Shown here: positions 28,187-37,620 of the stretch, one piece after another
Numbering within the stretch: position 1 is the first letter of the stretch
Layout: each line of letters starts with the position of its first letter
Assembly (NCBI GenBank): GCA_964510805.1
Contig: CAZEDG010000001.1
Span: 48,227 to 112,226, forward strand
DNA from: an uncultured Candidatus Saccharibacteria bacterium
GTDB lineage: Bacteria > Patescibacteriota > Minisyncoccia > Phycocordibacterales > UBA5272
Length of the DNA stretch: 64,000 nt
Reading direction: 5' to 3'
Program-made: the position numbers and the translations under genes
Notes under the pieces: generated by a model
What the model saw: the letters and a program-made list of their open reading frames with translations, nothing else
What the model was told of the DNA's origin: nothing
Database searches by the model: none

Positions 28187-28297
28187 GGTGTATCCTTTCC
28201 GTATTTACACATCGGCTATTGATCCACTGCAATACTATCACAATTAGGTTTATTTTCCACTACCAACTATCACTACTTAGTTATATACTCAAAGTAT

Positions 28298-28693
28298 ATG
28301 GACCGACCATCTGCTTCTTTTCTTTCTATCGCTGTAAGTGATACATCAACGCTTGTTAATTATGTCGTTGATGGGCATGTGCTTGTTTCTCATGTGCATC
28401 CTGTTGGGTATAAGCATATAGAAGCAGAGGGGATGGGGGTGATCGCTTCTTCTAAACTCGTCGACGGAGTGCTTTATGTGCTTGAGTTTATTTCTCTATA
28501 CGATCGTATTCCTACAGATTTTAGATTAGTGGCATCTCGATATGCTCCGTGGGTCGGTGAAGTAATAGAAAAAGCATCTTATTCACAGTTCTTCACAAAC
28601 GGTGCTCCAATAAGTGTTACACTAGAAGGTGTAAAAGACGTTCCTCTCTCATATGCAAGACATTCGCAAACCATACACTCGTTCAAGGTCTAA
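28298..28693 (+). CDS. hypothetical protein
   Basis: ORF only. Confidence 0.3.
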   Translation: MDRPSASFLSIAVSDTSTLVNYVVDGHVLVSHVHPVGYKHIEAEGMGVIASSKLVDGVLYVLEFISLYDRIPTDFRLVASRYAPWVGEVIEKASYSQFFTNGAPISVTLEGVKDVPLSYARHSQTIHSFKV

Positions 28694-30062
28694 CGATGAT
28701 CTTCATTCTCGTATAGAACGCTTCGACTTATCACACAAAAATCGTGATGAGTATGATGATTCGTACGAAGATGATCCTGTACGTATCCCTGTTAAGCGAC
28801 AGCGTCGTGATATTCATGGTATGGATATGTATCCAAGCAGACGTATGGATAAAGATGAAGAGCTTTACGAGGACGAAGGGCTATATGACGACAGAAGATC
28901 TTCACATGGACGCGTTCCTTCTCGAAGAAGAAGGATTTCTCTTGGAACGGCAGGTTCTCTTCTTGGGGTTATTTTGTTTGTTGCTGGTATTGTGCTATAT
29001 ACCTATGTTTTTGATAGTGCGACTATCACACTTACACCTAAGTATAAAGATATTCAAGATGTTGGAAAAACATTTGTTTTCTCAAAAGAAGGCGTCGACG
29101 CGTCAGGGATTCCTTTTGTTGTAGAAACAACCTCTCTTTCAAAAACAAAAACCTTACCACTCTCCGAATCTCGAAAAGTCGAGTCCAAGGCTACAGGAAA
29201 GGCAATCATTTATAATAATTATGATGGAAATACTCAGAAGTTAATTAAAAATACCCGTTTCGAGTCGTCTAAAGGTAAGATTTATCGTATTAATCAGTCT
29301 ATCGAAGTTCCAGGCAAGAAAGGGGATACTCCCGGCAGTGTTGAGGTTACGTTATATGCAGATAGTGCTGGCGCTGAGTACAATATTGACTCGACGACAT
29401 TTAGTATCCCTGGATTCAAAGGAACTTCACGCGAGAGTGCTTTTTATGCTAAGACTAAGTCGGCTATTTCTGGAGGTTCTTCAGGCACCATGTCACTTCC
29501 TTCTATTTCTGATCTTAATTCTGCAAAAGATTCTCTTGCGCTTGAACTTAAGCAAAGCATCCAAGATGATCTTCATAAGATCAAAAAAGACGGCTACATT
29601 CCTCTCTATTCTTCTGCTGAGATCGCTTATTCAGATAATGAAGAAGATATACGTAAAGGGGTTACTGATAGCTATAAAGTAACAGCTACTGCATACGTCA
29701 TGTTGGCAGATGCTTCAAAGCTCGCAGAGGCGCTTGCAAAAACATTTGGTGATTATGATGGAGGTGCTGTGCGACTTCTTTCTTCAGATGGCCTCTCTTT
29801 TACAAGAAAACAAACTGATGCAATTAATGGAGCAAACACCATTTCTCTTTTAGTTGACGGTAAAGCGAGAGTTGTCTGGGTAACTGATAGCGACGCAGTA
29901 AAAAGTCTTGTGCAGGGCAAAGAAAGGGATATGTTTAAAGGACTTATGAAGACAGTAAGCTCTGTCGATAGTGCCGAAATAAGCTTCTCACCAATGTGGC
30001 TTACACACTTCCCAGATACACGTTCTAAGCTAACCGTGACAGAATCTCTTCCAAAGCGTTGA
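28653..30062 (+). CDS. bitopic membrane protein: highly charged disordered N-terminus, one TM, large extracytoplasmic domain
   Basis: Overlaps the upstream ORF by 40 nt, so the start may be an internal Met. Confidence 0.4.
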   Translation: MQDIRKPYTRSRSNDDLHSRIERFDLSHKNRDEYDDSYEDDPVRIPVKRQRRDIHGMDMYPSRRMDKDEELYEDEGLYDDRRSSHGRVPSRRRRISLGTAGSLLGVILFVAGIVLYTYVFDSATITLTPKYKDIQDVGKTFVFSKEGVDASGIPFVVETTSLSKTKTLPLSESRKVESKATGKAIIYNNYDGNTQKLIKNTRFESSKGKIYRINQSIEVPGKKGDTPGSVEVTLYADSAGAEYNIDSTTFSIPGFKGTSRESAFYAKTKSAISGGSSGTMSLPSISDLNSAKDSLALELKQSIQDDLHKIKKDGYIPLYSSAEIAYSDNEEDIRKGVTDSYKVTATAYVMLADASKLAEALAKTFGDYDGGAVRLLSSDGLSFTRKQTDAINGANTISLLVDGKARVVWVTDSDAVKSLVQGKERDMFKGLMKTVSSVDSAEISFSPMWLTHFPDTRSKLTVTESLPKR

Positions 30063-30115
30063 TAATCCTTTTATTTTCTGGTACACTTAAGACCTCTTAT
30101 CTAAAACAGTAGAGT

Positions 30116-30334
30116 ATGGATGATCATAACGACGATATAGAAACTATAGAAGGACGTGTCATTGAAGCGCTCCCAAGCACTCTCTTTCGTATTGAGCTTG
30201 CAGGAGGTAAGACACTTATCTCTTATCTTGGTGGTCGTATGAGAGTACACAAGATCAAGGTGCTTGTTGGAGATAAAGTTATGGTCCAAATAGATCCATA
30301 CGGAGGCAAAGGAAGAATAGTAAAGCGTCTCTAG
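30116..30334 (+). CDS. infA: translation initiation factor IF-1
   Basis: 72 aa with an S1-like OB fold; 72/72-aa match in pattern to IF-1. Confidence 0.9.
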   Translation: MDDHNDDIETIEGRVIEALPSTLFRIELAGGKTLISYLGGRMRVHKIKVLVGDKVMVQIDPYGGKGRIVKRL

Positions 30335-30452
30335 ATAAAAATAGACCCTAGAAATTATGGTATTTTTTAATACCTAAGATCTAACATCTATTGTCTAGTC
30401 CCGCAGATTTGCATTATTTATTAAGGTGTAGTATAATTTAACCCACATTTCT

Positions 30453-30566
30453 CATGAAAGTACGATCATCAGTAAAGACAATTTGTTCAAAGTGTCAGAT
30501 GCTTAAGCGAGGCGGAGTTCTTCGTGTTATTTGTGAGAACCCTAAACACAAGCAGGCACAAGGATA
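30453..30566 (+). CDS. rpmJ: 50S ribosomal protein L36
   Basis: [37 protein letters not shown]; below the ORF-track length cutoff. Confidence 0.8.
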
Positions 30567-30610
30567 ACCTTATAACCACCTACAAGTATTTAGTAAAAAA
30601 TTATTAGCAT

Positions 30611-30991
30611 ATGCGTATATCAGGTATTACACTCCCAGAAAATAAAAGACTCGAAATCGCTCTTACTGCGGTTTACGGTGTTGGACGCCCACGAGCCAAG
30701 ATGATCATTGAGAAACTTGGTCTTGATATGGGTATGAAGACAACCGAGCTTACTCCTGAACAGGAGAACCTCATCCGTCGCGAGATCGAGCAGTTCAAGA
30801 CAGAGGGTGATCTTAAGCGTGAAGTTCAACAGAACATTAAGCGTCTTAAGGACATCAAGGCATACAGAGGTGTCAGACACGTACGTCACCTCCCTGCACG
30901 CGGTCAAAGAACTAAGACTAATAGCCGTACAGTTCGTGGTAACGTTCGTCGTACGATGGGAAGCGGACGTCGTAAGACTGAGAAGACCTAA
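30611..30991 (+). CDS. rpsM: 30S ribosomal protein S13
   Basis: Full-length similarity. Confidence 0.95.
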   Translation: MRISGITLPENKRLEIALTAVYGVGRPRAKMIIEKLGLDMGMKTTELTPEQENLIRREIEQFKTEGDLKREVQQNIKRLKDIKAYRGVRHVRHLPARGQRTKTNSRTVRGNVRRTMGSGRRKTEKT

Positions 30992-31020
30992 AAACTAATC
31001 GCACTAACACAACTACTATT

Positions 31021-31455
31021 ATGGGAAAGAAACGTATCGTAAAAAAGAATAGTTCAGGAGTAGATAGCGCGCTTAAAGCACGTTCACTTGCTAAAGCTGT
31101 TAAGAAGAAAGTTGTTGAAGGAACTCTTTTTGTTGAGTCAACCTACAACAACACTCGCCTTTCACTTGCTGATAGAAGTGGTAATGTACTTGCTTGGTCT
31201 TCATCAGGAGCTCTTGGTTTCAAGGGTGCGAAGAAGGGCACACCTTTCGCTGCGTCAAAGATCGGAGAACTTATTGGAGAAAAAGCACAACAGATCGGCA
31301 TTAAGGAAGTTGATGTTGTCGTCAAAGGTGTAGGATCTGGTCGTGAATCTGCAATTAGAGGTTTCTCATCTTTTGGTGTAGAAATTGTTTCTATTACTGA
31401 CAAAACCCCAGTTCCTCACAACGGACCTAAGCCTCCTAAGCCACGTCACGTCTAA
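31021..31455 (+). CDS. rpsK: 30S ribosomal protein S11
   Basis: Full-length similarity. Confidence 0.95.
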   Translation: MGKKRIVKKNSSGVDSALKARSLAKAVKKKVVEGTLFVESTYNNTRLSLADRSGNVLAWSSSGALGFKGAKKGTPFAASKIGELIGEKAQQIGIKEVDVVVKGVGSGRESAIRGFSSFGVEIVSITDKTPVPHNGPKPPKPRHV

Positions 31456-31474
31456 ATTATTTTTATAAAAGTAT

Positions 31475-32095
31475 ATGAGTAGAATCACATGTAAAACTTG
31501 TCGCCGTCTCGGAGAGTCACTTTGTGGCCGTGAGAAGTGTGCTTACAAGAAGCGTTCATACGCTCCAGGAAAGCTTGATAGTGAAAGAAAGCATCGTTCA
31601 GGTGTTTCTGAATACGGTGAACAACTTCGCGCTAAGCAAAAAATGCGTATCACTTACGGTCTTATGGAGAAGCAGTTCTCTATGTACGTTAAGCGTGCAA
31701 CTCTTAAGCATGAGGTAGGTGAGGGTGCAGTAGCTCCTTCTCTTAAGCTTATGCGTCAGCTCGAGTCACGTCTTGATAACATGGTCTTCCGTGCAGGTTT
31801 TGCTTCTAATCGAGCACTTGCAAGACAGCTTGTTTCTCATGGTCATATTACTATCAATGGTCGTCGTAACACAATTGCTTCTCATCAGGTAAAAGTTGGT
31901 GACGTGCTCGCTATCCGTGAGGGTAGTAAGTCATCTAAACTCTTTACCGGTTTAGAGGAGAAGTTGGTTGCGTTTGCGCCTAGCTACGTGCTTACTGTTG
32001 ACCCTAAGACTTTTAAGGCTACAGTTAAGGCAGAAGTTCGTGAGGTTGAACAAATGTTCGACATCCAAAAAGTGTTCGAGTTCTACTCTAGATAG
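31475..32095 (+). CDS. rpsD: 30S ribosomal protein S4
   Basis: Full-length similarity; S4 domain. Confidence 0.95.
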   Translation: MSRITCKTCRRLGESLCGREKCAYKKRSYAPGKLDSERKHRSGVSEYGEQLRAKQKMRITYGLMEKQFSMYVKRATLKHEVGEGAVAPSLKLMRQLESRLDNMVFRAGFASNRALARQLVSHGHITINGRRNTIASHQVKVGDVLAIREGSKSSKLFTGLEEKLVAFAPSYVLTVDPKTFKATVKAEVREVEQMFDIQKVFEFYSR

Positions 32096-32242
32096 TGGTT
32101 TTTGTAGGGGTATTTCTTACAAATACTTGATATTCAATTAACACAGACTTGCATTTTTTGCAATTTTGGGTTAGAATAAAGCAACTTTACTTATAAAGTG
32201 CATAATTGGTGCGTCACTATTAGTACTAAGGTTTCTTAATCA

Positions 32243-33220
32243 TTGCAAACATATATGTCTTCACATTCTATTATTTTGCCATCAAAACCAAAAATTGTTA
32301 AGGAAGATTCAGTATCAGGTGTGTATGAAATCGACGGACTTTACCCAGGGTATGGACATACTCTTGGTAACTCGCTTCGTCGTATCATTCTTTCATCTAT
32401 TCCTGGAGCTTCGATTACAGCTTTGTCAATTGACGGGGTTAAACATGAGTTCTCGACAATCGATGGAATTAAAGAAGATGTGATTTCTATTATTCTTAAT
32501 CTCAAGAAGACACGTTTTAAGCTTCATGGTGATGATGCTCAGAAGGCTACTCTTCATATCAAGGGAGCTAAGACTGTTACTGCTACAATGATTACAACCC
32601 CAAGTCAGCTTGAGGTTATGAACCCTGATCAGTACATTTGTGAATCAACTGCAAAGGATATCGATATTGCTATCGAGATTACTGTAGAGAAAGGACTTGG
32701 ATATGTTCCTAAGGAGGTACTTCAGAAAGAGAAGGCTGATATCGGAACTATTTTCCTTGACGCATCATTTACTCCTATTCGTCGAGCTAGTTACGAAGTA
32801 GAAAACATGCGTGTTGGTGATCGTACTGACCACAACCGTCTTCGTGTTGCTATTGAGACTGACGGAACTATCTCTCCTCGTGAGGCTCTCGAAGGCTCTA
32901 TTCATACCATGATTACTCAACTTCAGTCTATTGTTGGTTTCCGTGAGCAACATATCGAGATCGTTAAGGATCAGGTTGTATCTCCAGAAGACTTTGCAGG
33001 TGATGATGTTGAAGTGACTGACGCAGGAAAGGTGAAGATAGAAGACCTTGGTCTTTCTACTCGCACAGAGAACGCTCTTGTTACTGCTTCTATAAGAACA
33101 GCAGGAGGTCTTGCTCGTAAGTCTGAAGAAGATCTACTCTCAGTAGATGGTCTTGGAGAAAAGGGTATTGGAGAGATTAAGAAGGCACTTGCAGGGCTTG
33201 GGCTTACACTTAAGGCATAA
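32243..33220 (+). CDS. rpoA: DNA-directed RNA polymerase subunit alpha
   Basis: Full-length similarity. Confidence 0.95.
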   Translation: MQTYMSSHSIILPSKPKIVKEDSVSGVYEIDGLYPGYGHTLGNSLRRIILSSIPGASITALSIDGVKHEFSTIDGIKEDVISIILNLKKTRFKLHGDDAQKATLHIKGAKTVTATMITTPSQLEVMNPDQYICESTAKDIDIAIEITVEKGLGYVPKEVLQKEKADIGTIFLDASFTPIRRASYEVENMRVGDRTDHNRLRVAIETDGTISPREALEGSIHTMITQLQSIVGFREQHIEIVKDQVVSPEDFAGDDVEVTDAGKVKIEDLGLSTRTENALVTASIRTAGGLARKSEEDLLSVDGLGEKGIGEIKKALAGLGLTLKA

Positions 33221-33262
33221 ACGTTTTTACAGAAAGAATTCCTTAATTATCGATATACGAGT

Positions 33263-33616
33263 ATGAAACATCATAAAGCATTCAGAAAATTCGGAAGAGA
33301 GAAGAATGAACGTAAAGCGTTCGTTCGAAGTCTCATTATTAACCTTGTTCGTCATGGTAAGATCGAGACAACACTTGCTCGCGCAAAAGAGATTCGTCCT
33401 ATGGTAGAGCGTCTTGTTACCCTTGCTAAGGATGACACTGTGGCACGTCGTCGCCTCATTATGGCTCGTCTTCTTAATCAAGAGATCGAGGTAACTAAGC
33501 TTTTCAAAGAATACGCTCCTAAGTTCAAAGAGGTTCCTGGTGGCTATACTCGTATTATCAAGCTTCCTACACGTCTTTCTGATGGAGCAGAAAAGGCTGT
33601 AATCGAATTTGTATAA
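33263..33616 (+). CDS. rplQ: 50S ribosomal protein L17
   Basis: Full-length similarity. Confidence 0.9.
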   Translation: MKHHKAFRKFGREKNERKAFVRSLIINLVRHGKIETTLARAKEIRPMVERLVTLAKDDTVARRRLIMARLLNQEIEVTKLFKEYAPKFKEVPGGYTRIIKLPTRLSDGAEKAVIEFV

Positions 33617-33632
33617 TTTTTATTTAACTACT

Positions 33633-33977
33633 ATGAATCACACAATTGACGCATCAGGAAAAGCTCTCGGAAGACTCGCATCAGAAGTTGCGGCACTTCT
33701 TAATGCAAAGGACAGTGTTAACTTCGTGAAAAATCGTGTGGCAGATATTACTGTTACCGTTACTAACGCAAGTAAACTAAAAGTTACCGGTAATAAGATG
33801 AACGAAAGCGTTCATAAGTCATACTCAGGATACCCAGGAGGTTTGAAAGAGATGCCTCTTAAGTATGTTGTAGAAAAGAAAGGCTATAAAGAGCTTATTA
33901 CTCATGCGGTTATGGGTATGCTCCCAAAGAACCGTCTTCAGAGTATCCGCATTAAGAATCTTATTATCAAAGACTAG
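33633..33977 (+). CDS. rplM: 50S ribosomal protein L13
   Basis: Full-length similarity. Confidence 0.9.
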   Translation: MNHTIDASGKALGRLASEVAALLNAKDSVNFVKNRVADITVTVTNASKLKVTGNKMNESVHKSYSGYPGGLKEMPLKYVVEKKGYKELITHAVMGMLPKNRLQSIRIKNLIIKD

Positions 33978-34000
33978 CTTATTTTTTATAACTTACCCCT

Positions 34001-34408
34001 ATGTCAGTAGAAACAAAAAATCGTTATATTGAAGCAGTTGGTCGTCGTAAGACTGCGGTTGCTCGTGTACGTATCACACCTTCAACAAAAGCTTCTTTTC
34101 TTATCAATGAAAAAGATGTAAAGGATTATTTCCCTACACATGAGCTTCAGACTATCTCACAAGAAGCTATCTCTAAGTCAGAGATTGGTGAGAAGTTCAC
34201 TGTTACTGTTCATGTAAATGGTGGAGGTATCCATGCGCAAGCAGAAGCGATTCGTCACGGTCTTGCAAGAACTCTTGTTCTTCGTGATGAACAAGTGAAG
34301 AACGCTCTTAAGAAGCTTGGCTTCCTTAAGCGTGACCCTCGTCAGGTTGAACGTAAGAAGTTCGGTCTCAAGAAGGCTCGTAAGTCTCCAACCTGGTCAA
34401 AACGATAG
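34001..34408 (+). CDS. rpsI: 30S ribosomal protein S9
   Basis: Ends with the conserved ...KKARKSPTWSKR. Confidence 0.9.
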   Translation: MSVETKNRYIEAVGRRKTAVARVRITPSTKASFLINEKDVKDYFPTHELQTISQEAISKSEIGEKFTVTVHVNGGGIHAQAEAIRHGLARTLVLRDEQVKNALKKLGFLKRDPRQVERKKFGLKKARKSPTWSKR

Positions 34409-34530
34409 CAAAACTATCCCATCTACTTTGTCGAAACCCCGATTTTGTCGGTCGTCGTACTACCAAGTACGACTTCCTCCAAAATCGGGGTTTCTTCGCG
34501 TATACGGGCAGTTTTGTATCGTTTTGTGTA
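34397..34530 (+). mobile_element. ~130-nt MITE-like element overlapping the last rpsI codons
   Basis: Terminal inverted repeats caaaacgatagcaaaac / gttttgtatcgttttg around a long nested hairpin (gaaaccccgattttg...caaaatcggggtttc). Absent from the downstream duplicate copy. Confidence 0.35.
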
Positions 34531-34613
34531 AGCGTTAAGAGTTTCGCTTTACTTATATTTTCAAAAACACTTATCATTTTACGGTTAAGTGGTTTTGTTA
34601 TATATTTAAATAT

Positions 34614-36074
34614 ATGAAAAAATCTTTTTCTGTTTCATTAATCTTGTTTGTAATGTTATTTGCTTTAGTGACTATTGTTTATATTGTAAATAAAAATAAC
34701 ATTAGAGAACTCTGGGCTGATACCACGAAAGGATTGGTAGGGGCTAAAAAAATACAAGCATCAAGTTCTGCTGAAAGTAGTTCTATTTCTACTGCTGTAG
34801 AAATAGAAAACCCTGAATTGAGGACTGATTTAGTGCTAATGAACCAAATAACAGTTAATGCTAAAATAGAAAACCTTGAAGAAGCAAGTGATGCCGCAAA
34901 AGCATATTTAGGTACAATTTTATTGCTGTCTTCTGGGGATATTGCTTATATAGTTAAAGCTAATCATAAAAGCTCATTATTTTTAAATAATGAAAAGCTG
35001 AAAGAAGAAGGCGTTTCTTTTGTGAAAGAAATAGCAAAAAATTTAGTATATCTCGTTACTGATTTTAAAAATGATCAGGAGTTTTTATTTTTTGGAAGAA
35101 ATTGGGTAGTAGTGGCACCAACAGGACTTTTCACTATCTCTGACGTGCAAGAAATAGATGGTGATATTTCCTATGTTTTTAATAGTAAAAATTTTCAACA
35201 AAAAATCCTTTTTTATAAAGGAAAGAAAATTATAGAAGCCCCATATATAAAAAATGTTAAAAAAACAAGTGGCGGTTTCTCATATATAACTTCTGAAAGC
35301 AGAAAAATCGGAGATACCTTGTTTTATAATGATCAAAAGGTTCTCTCTGCTCATGAAATTCTAAGTTATTTAGAAGTTGGAGATAAACTTGCTTATGTTA
35401 CTTTTGGTTATCTCGACAAGGAACATACTCCAAGTGAAGGGTTTTTTGCTAGTGATTACACAACGAAAGAAACTCTTTTTTATGATGGTAAAAAAATTAT
35501 TACAGATGATTCTATAGAGATATATAACATCTCTAACAAGTTGGCTTATGTGGTAAGTACTAAATATGGTAAAAAAAATCTTTTTTATAATAATAAAAAA
35601 ATAGTAACTGCAGATAATATTACTGATATTAAACCAGTCGGAAATAAGATATCTTATGTTATAAGTGATTATAACGCTGACAAGAAGAAGCTTTTTGTTG
35701 GAGATGATCTTATTGTTACAAAAAATAATATAAATTATATAGATTATATTAATGTTAAAGAAATTAATGGTAAAATCCTTTATAGTGTTCGAGATAATTT
35801 GACAGAAGATATTGTAACTTTTTATGACTCAGAAATGATTGGATCAAATATTGATTTCATGAAAATAATTTCAAGTAATATTGATAACGGACTTTGTTAT
35901 ATTATTTTTGATAAAACCACTCTGAAAAATAGCCTTATGTGTAATAAAAAAATAATAACAGAAAATGTAAGTGATTTTAGGGTGAGTGATATCTCTTCTT
36001 CTACATTTTTTATTTTAAAAACAGAAGAAACAGCAAGCTCTACAATTTTATCAGTTTATAGATTAACTTTATAA
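34614..36074 (+). CDS. membrane-anchored tandem-repeat (beta-propeller-like) protein, very AT-rich
   Basis: N-terminal TM; about 8 repeats of roughly 40-45 aa with core K.LFY.GKKI.T...I....KL.YV; GC much lower than flanks. Confidence 0.5.
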   Translation: MKKSFSVSLILFVMLFALVTIVYIVNKNNIRELWADTTKGLVGAKKIQASSSAESSSISTAVEIENPELRTDLVLMNQITVNAKIENLEEASDAAKAYLGTILLLSSGDIAYIVKANHKSSLFLNNEKLKEEGVSFVKEIAKNLVYLVTDFKNDQEFLFFGRNWVVVAPTGLFTISDVQEIDGDISYVFNSKNFQQKILFYKGKKIIEAPYIKNVKKTSGGFSYITSESRKIGDTLFYNDQKVLSAHEILSYLEVGDKLAYVTFGYLDKEHTPSEGFFASDYTTKETLFYDGKKIITDDSIEIYNISNKLAYVVSTKYGKKNLFYNNKKIVTADNITDIKPVGNKISYVISDYNADKKKLFVGDDLIVTKNNINYIDYINVKEINGKILYSVRDNLTEDIVTFYDSEMIGSNIDFMKIISSNIDNGLCYIIFDKTTLKNSLMCNKKIITENVSDFRVSDISSSTFFILKTEETASSTILSVYRLTL

Positions 36075-36078
36075 AAAT

Positions 36079-36176
36079 CAGGCTCGTAAGTCTCCTACAT
36101 GGAGCAAGCGTTAAGATATCGCTTTACTTATATTTTCAAAAACACCTTGTACATGTAAGGTGTTTTTGGTTTTAAA
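36079..36176 (+). repeat. direct-repeat copy of the rpsI 3' end (ARKSPTWSKR-stop) plus the intact rpsI-type terminator
   Basis: Matches 34374-34396 plus 34531-34600, including coding remnant ggctcgtaagtctcctacatggagcaagcgttaa and terminator aaacacctt-gtacatgt-aaggtgttt. Confidence 0.6.
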
Positions 36177-36265
36177 TTTGACGAACTTACTTAAAAAGTG
36201 TAGTGTATTTACTACATCCTAGTACCTGGATGGGTTAATTGAGCGGATGCTCATAAGGAGTGGAA

Positions 36266-36790
36266 ATGTTTGCTTTCTTCAAGAAACCTTTTGAACCACA
36301 GAAGAGTCAGAATCAAGGAGATTATGTAGGAGATTTTGATAAATGGATTCAACGTAAGAATGCTGTTATAAAACGACTGCTAGAAGATTTTCCTTGGCTT
36401 TGGGCGGTTAATAACCATTATAACAGAGATGATGGTGACCGTATCAAGGTGAATCAGGACATGTCGGACCTTAAGTTGGTTCTTTCCCAAAATTCAGACA
36501 AGACAGGTTTTTTGCTTTGGTCTGTAGCAAGTCATTTTTGTGACAGTTTTAACGTCCTTGTCAAATGTCATGAACGTCAAGAAGGAAAGATCTGGTCTGA
36601 AGCGATCACTCAACAAAGTTACGGCCATAGAAATATTCTTTATTTGGTTTCTGTTGATTGGGGATCTTCTGGTCATGGAATAACTATTTTTCGGCATCCT
36701 GAAAAACAATGTTTGGATGAAGTTATCCAACAGGTTTGTGATCTTCATGGTGTCAACGCTAGACGATTGATATCTTCTGACTTTGTTTGA
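36266..36790 (+). CDS. hypothetical protein
   Basis: Strong AAGGAG SD 5 nt upstream, which is unusual in this window; terminator follows at 36803-36838. Confidence 0.35.
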   Translation: MFAFFKKPFEPQKSQNQGDYVGDFDKWIQRKNAVIKRLLEDFPWLWAVNNHYNRDDGDRIKVNQDMSDLKLVLSQNSDKTGFLLWSVASHFCDSFNVLVKCHERQEGKIWSEAITQQSYGHRNILYLVSVDWGSSGHGITIFRHPEKQCLDEVIQQVCDLHGVNARRLISSDFV

Positions 36791-36802
36791 TTTTTAAGAA
36801 TC

Positions 36803-36838
36803 AACCGCACGGAACCTTCCGTGCGGTTTGCTTTTTTA
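36803..36838 (+). terminator. rho-independent terminator
   Basis: aaccgcacgg-aaccttc-cgtgcggtt followed by TGCTTTTTT. Confidence 0.6.
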
Positions 36839-36975
36839 GAGGTTCTTGACATTTTTTTCTAAATACATTATACACATAGAGTACCCGAATAACTGACAGA
36901 AAGACACGATTGACAGACTGATTGCCGTAAAGTATTTTGATTATTAATTTTTACAATTGAAAATTTAGAATTGAT

Positions 36976-37572
36976 ATGAATGATGACCACAATGAAAAAA
37001 TTCTAGATGTTTCAGAAGAGGGGAATCCTACAGAGGACGATGTTTCTTTTGAAGAAGTGAATGAAGATGGTGAGCAAGATGTTCGAGCTAAACTTAAGAA
37101 GTTACAGGACAAGATCAAGCTACTTGAGCAAGAAAAGCAAGACTACCTAGATCAGAGTGTTCGCGCTCGTGCAGATTATGCTAATTATAAAAAAGAAGTA
37201 GAAGCACTTCGTATAAGTGATCGCAAGTTTGCAACGAAGCGATTTATAGAAGAATTACTTCCTGTTCTTGATGCCTATGATATGGCTCAAGCTAATAAAG
37301 AAGCTTGGGAAAAAGTTGATCAAGGGTGGCGTATTGGTATTGAGTATATTTTCTCACAATTTCGTTCCATTCTAGAAAAAGAAGGAGTGCAACAATTTGG
37401 AAAAATTGGCGACATGTTTGACCCAATGCTTCATGAGACGATGCAGTCTGTTTCTGTTGAGAATGAGAGTGATAACGATAAAGTAGTTAAAATTCTCCAG
37501 AATGGCTACAAGATGCATGATACTATTTTGCGTCCAGCTCGTGTCCATATTGGTCACTACACTAAGCAGTAG
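36976..37572 (+). CDS. grpE: nucleotide exchange factor GrpE
   Basis: Coiled coil followed by a C-terminal beta domain (ILRPARVHIG). Confidence 0.85.
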   Translation: MNDDHNEKILDVSEEGNPTEDDVSFEEVNEDGEQDVRAKLKKLQDKIKLLEQEKQDYLDQSVRARADYANYKKEVEALRISDRKFATKRFIEELLPVLDAYDMAQANKEAWEKVDQGWRIGIEYIFSQFRSILEKEGVQQFGKIGDMFDPMLHETMQSVSVENESDNDKVVKILQNGYKMHDTILRPARVHIGHYTKQ

Positions 37573-37620
37573 ATTTTTTCTATTAACTATCAACCATTAA
37601 CTATTAACTGAATTTATATT

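Noticed and set aside
34428-34494. The long hairpin read simply as the rpsI terminator
   Set aside because: There is no T-run after it, it is flanked by terminal inverted repeats, and it is missing from the duplicate copy. It is better explained as part of an inserted element. A terminator role is not excluded.
36840-36975. CIRCE (HrcA) operator upstream of grpE
   Set aside because: No TTAGCACTC-N9-GAGTGCTAA-like inverted repeat was found. Only a sigma70-like TTGACA / TATACA promoter is present.
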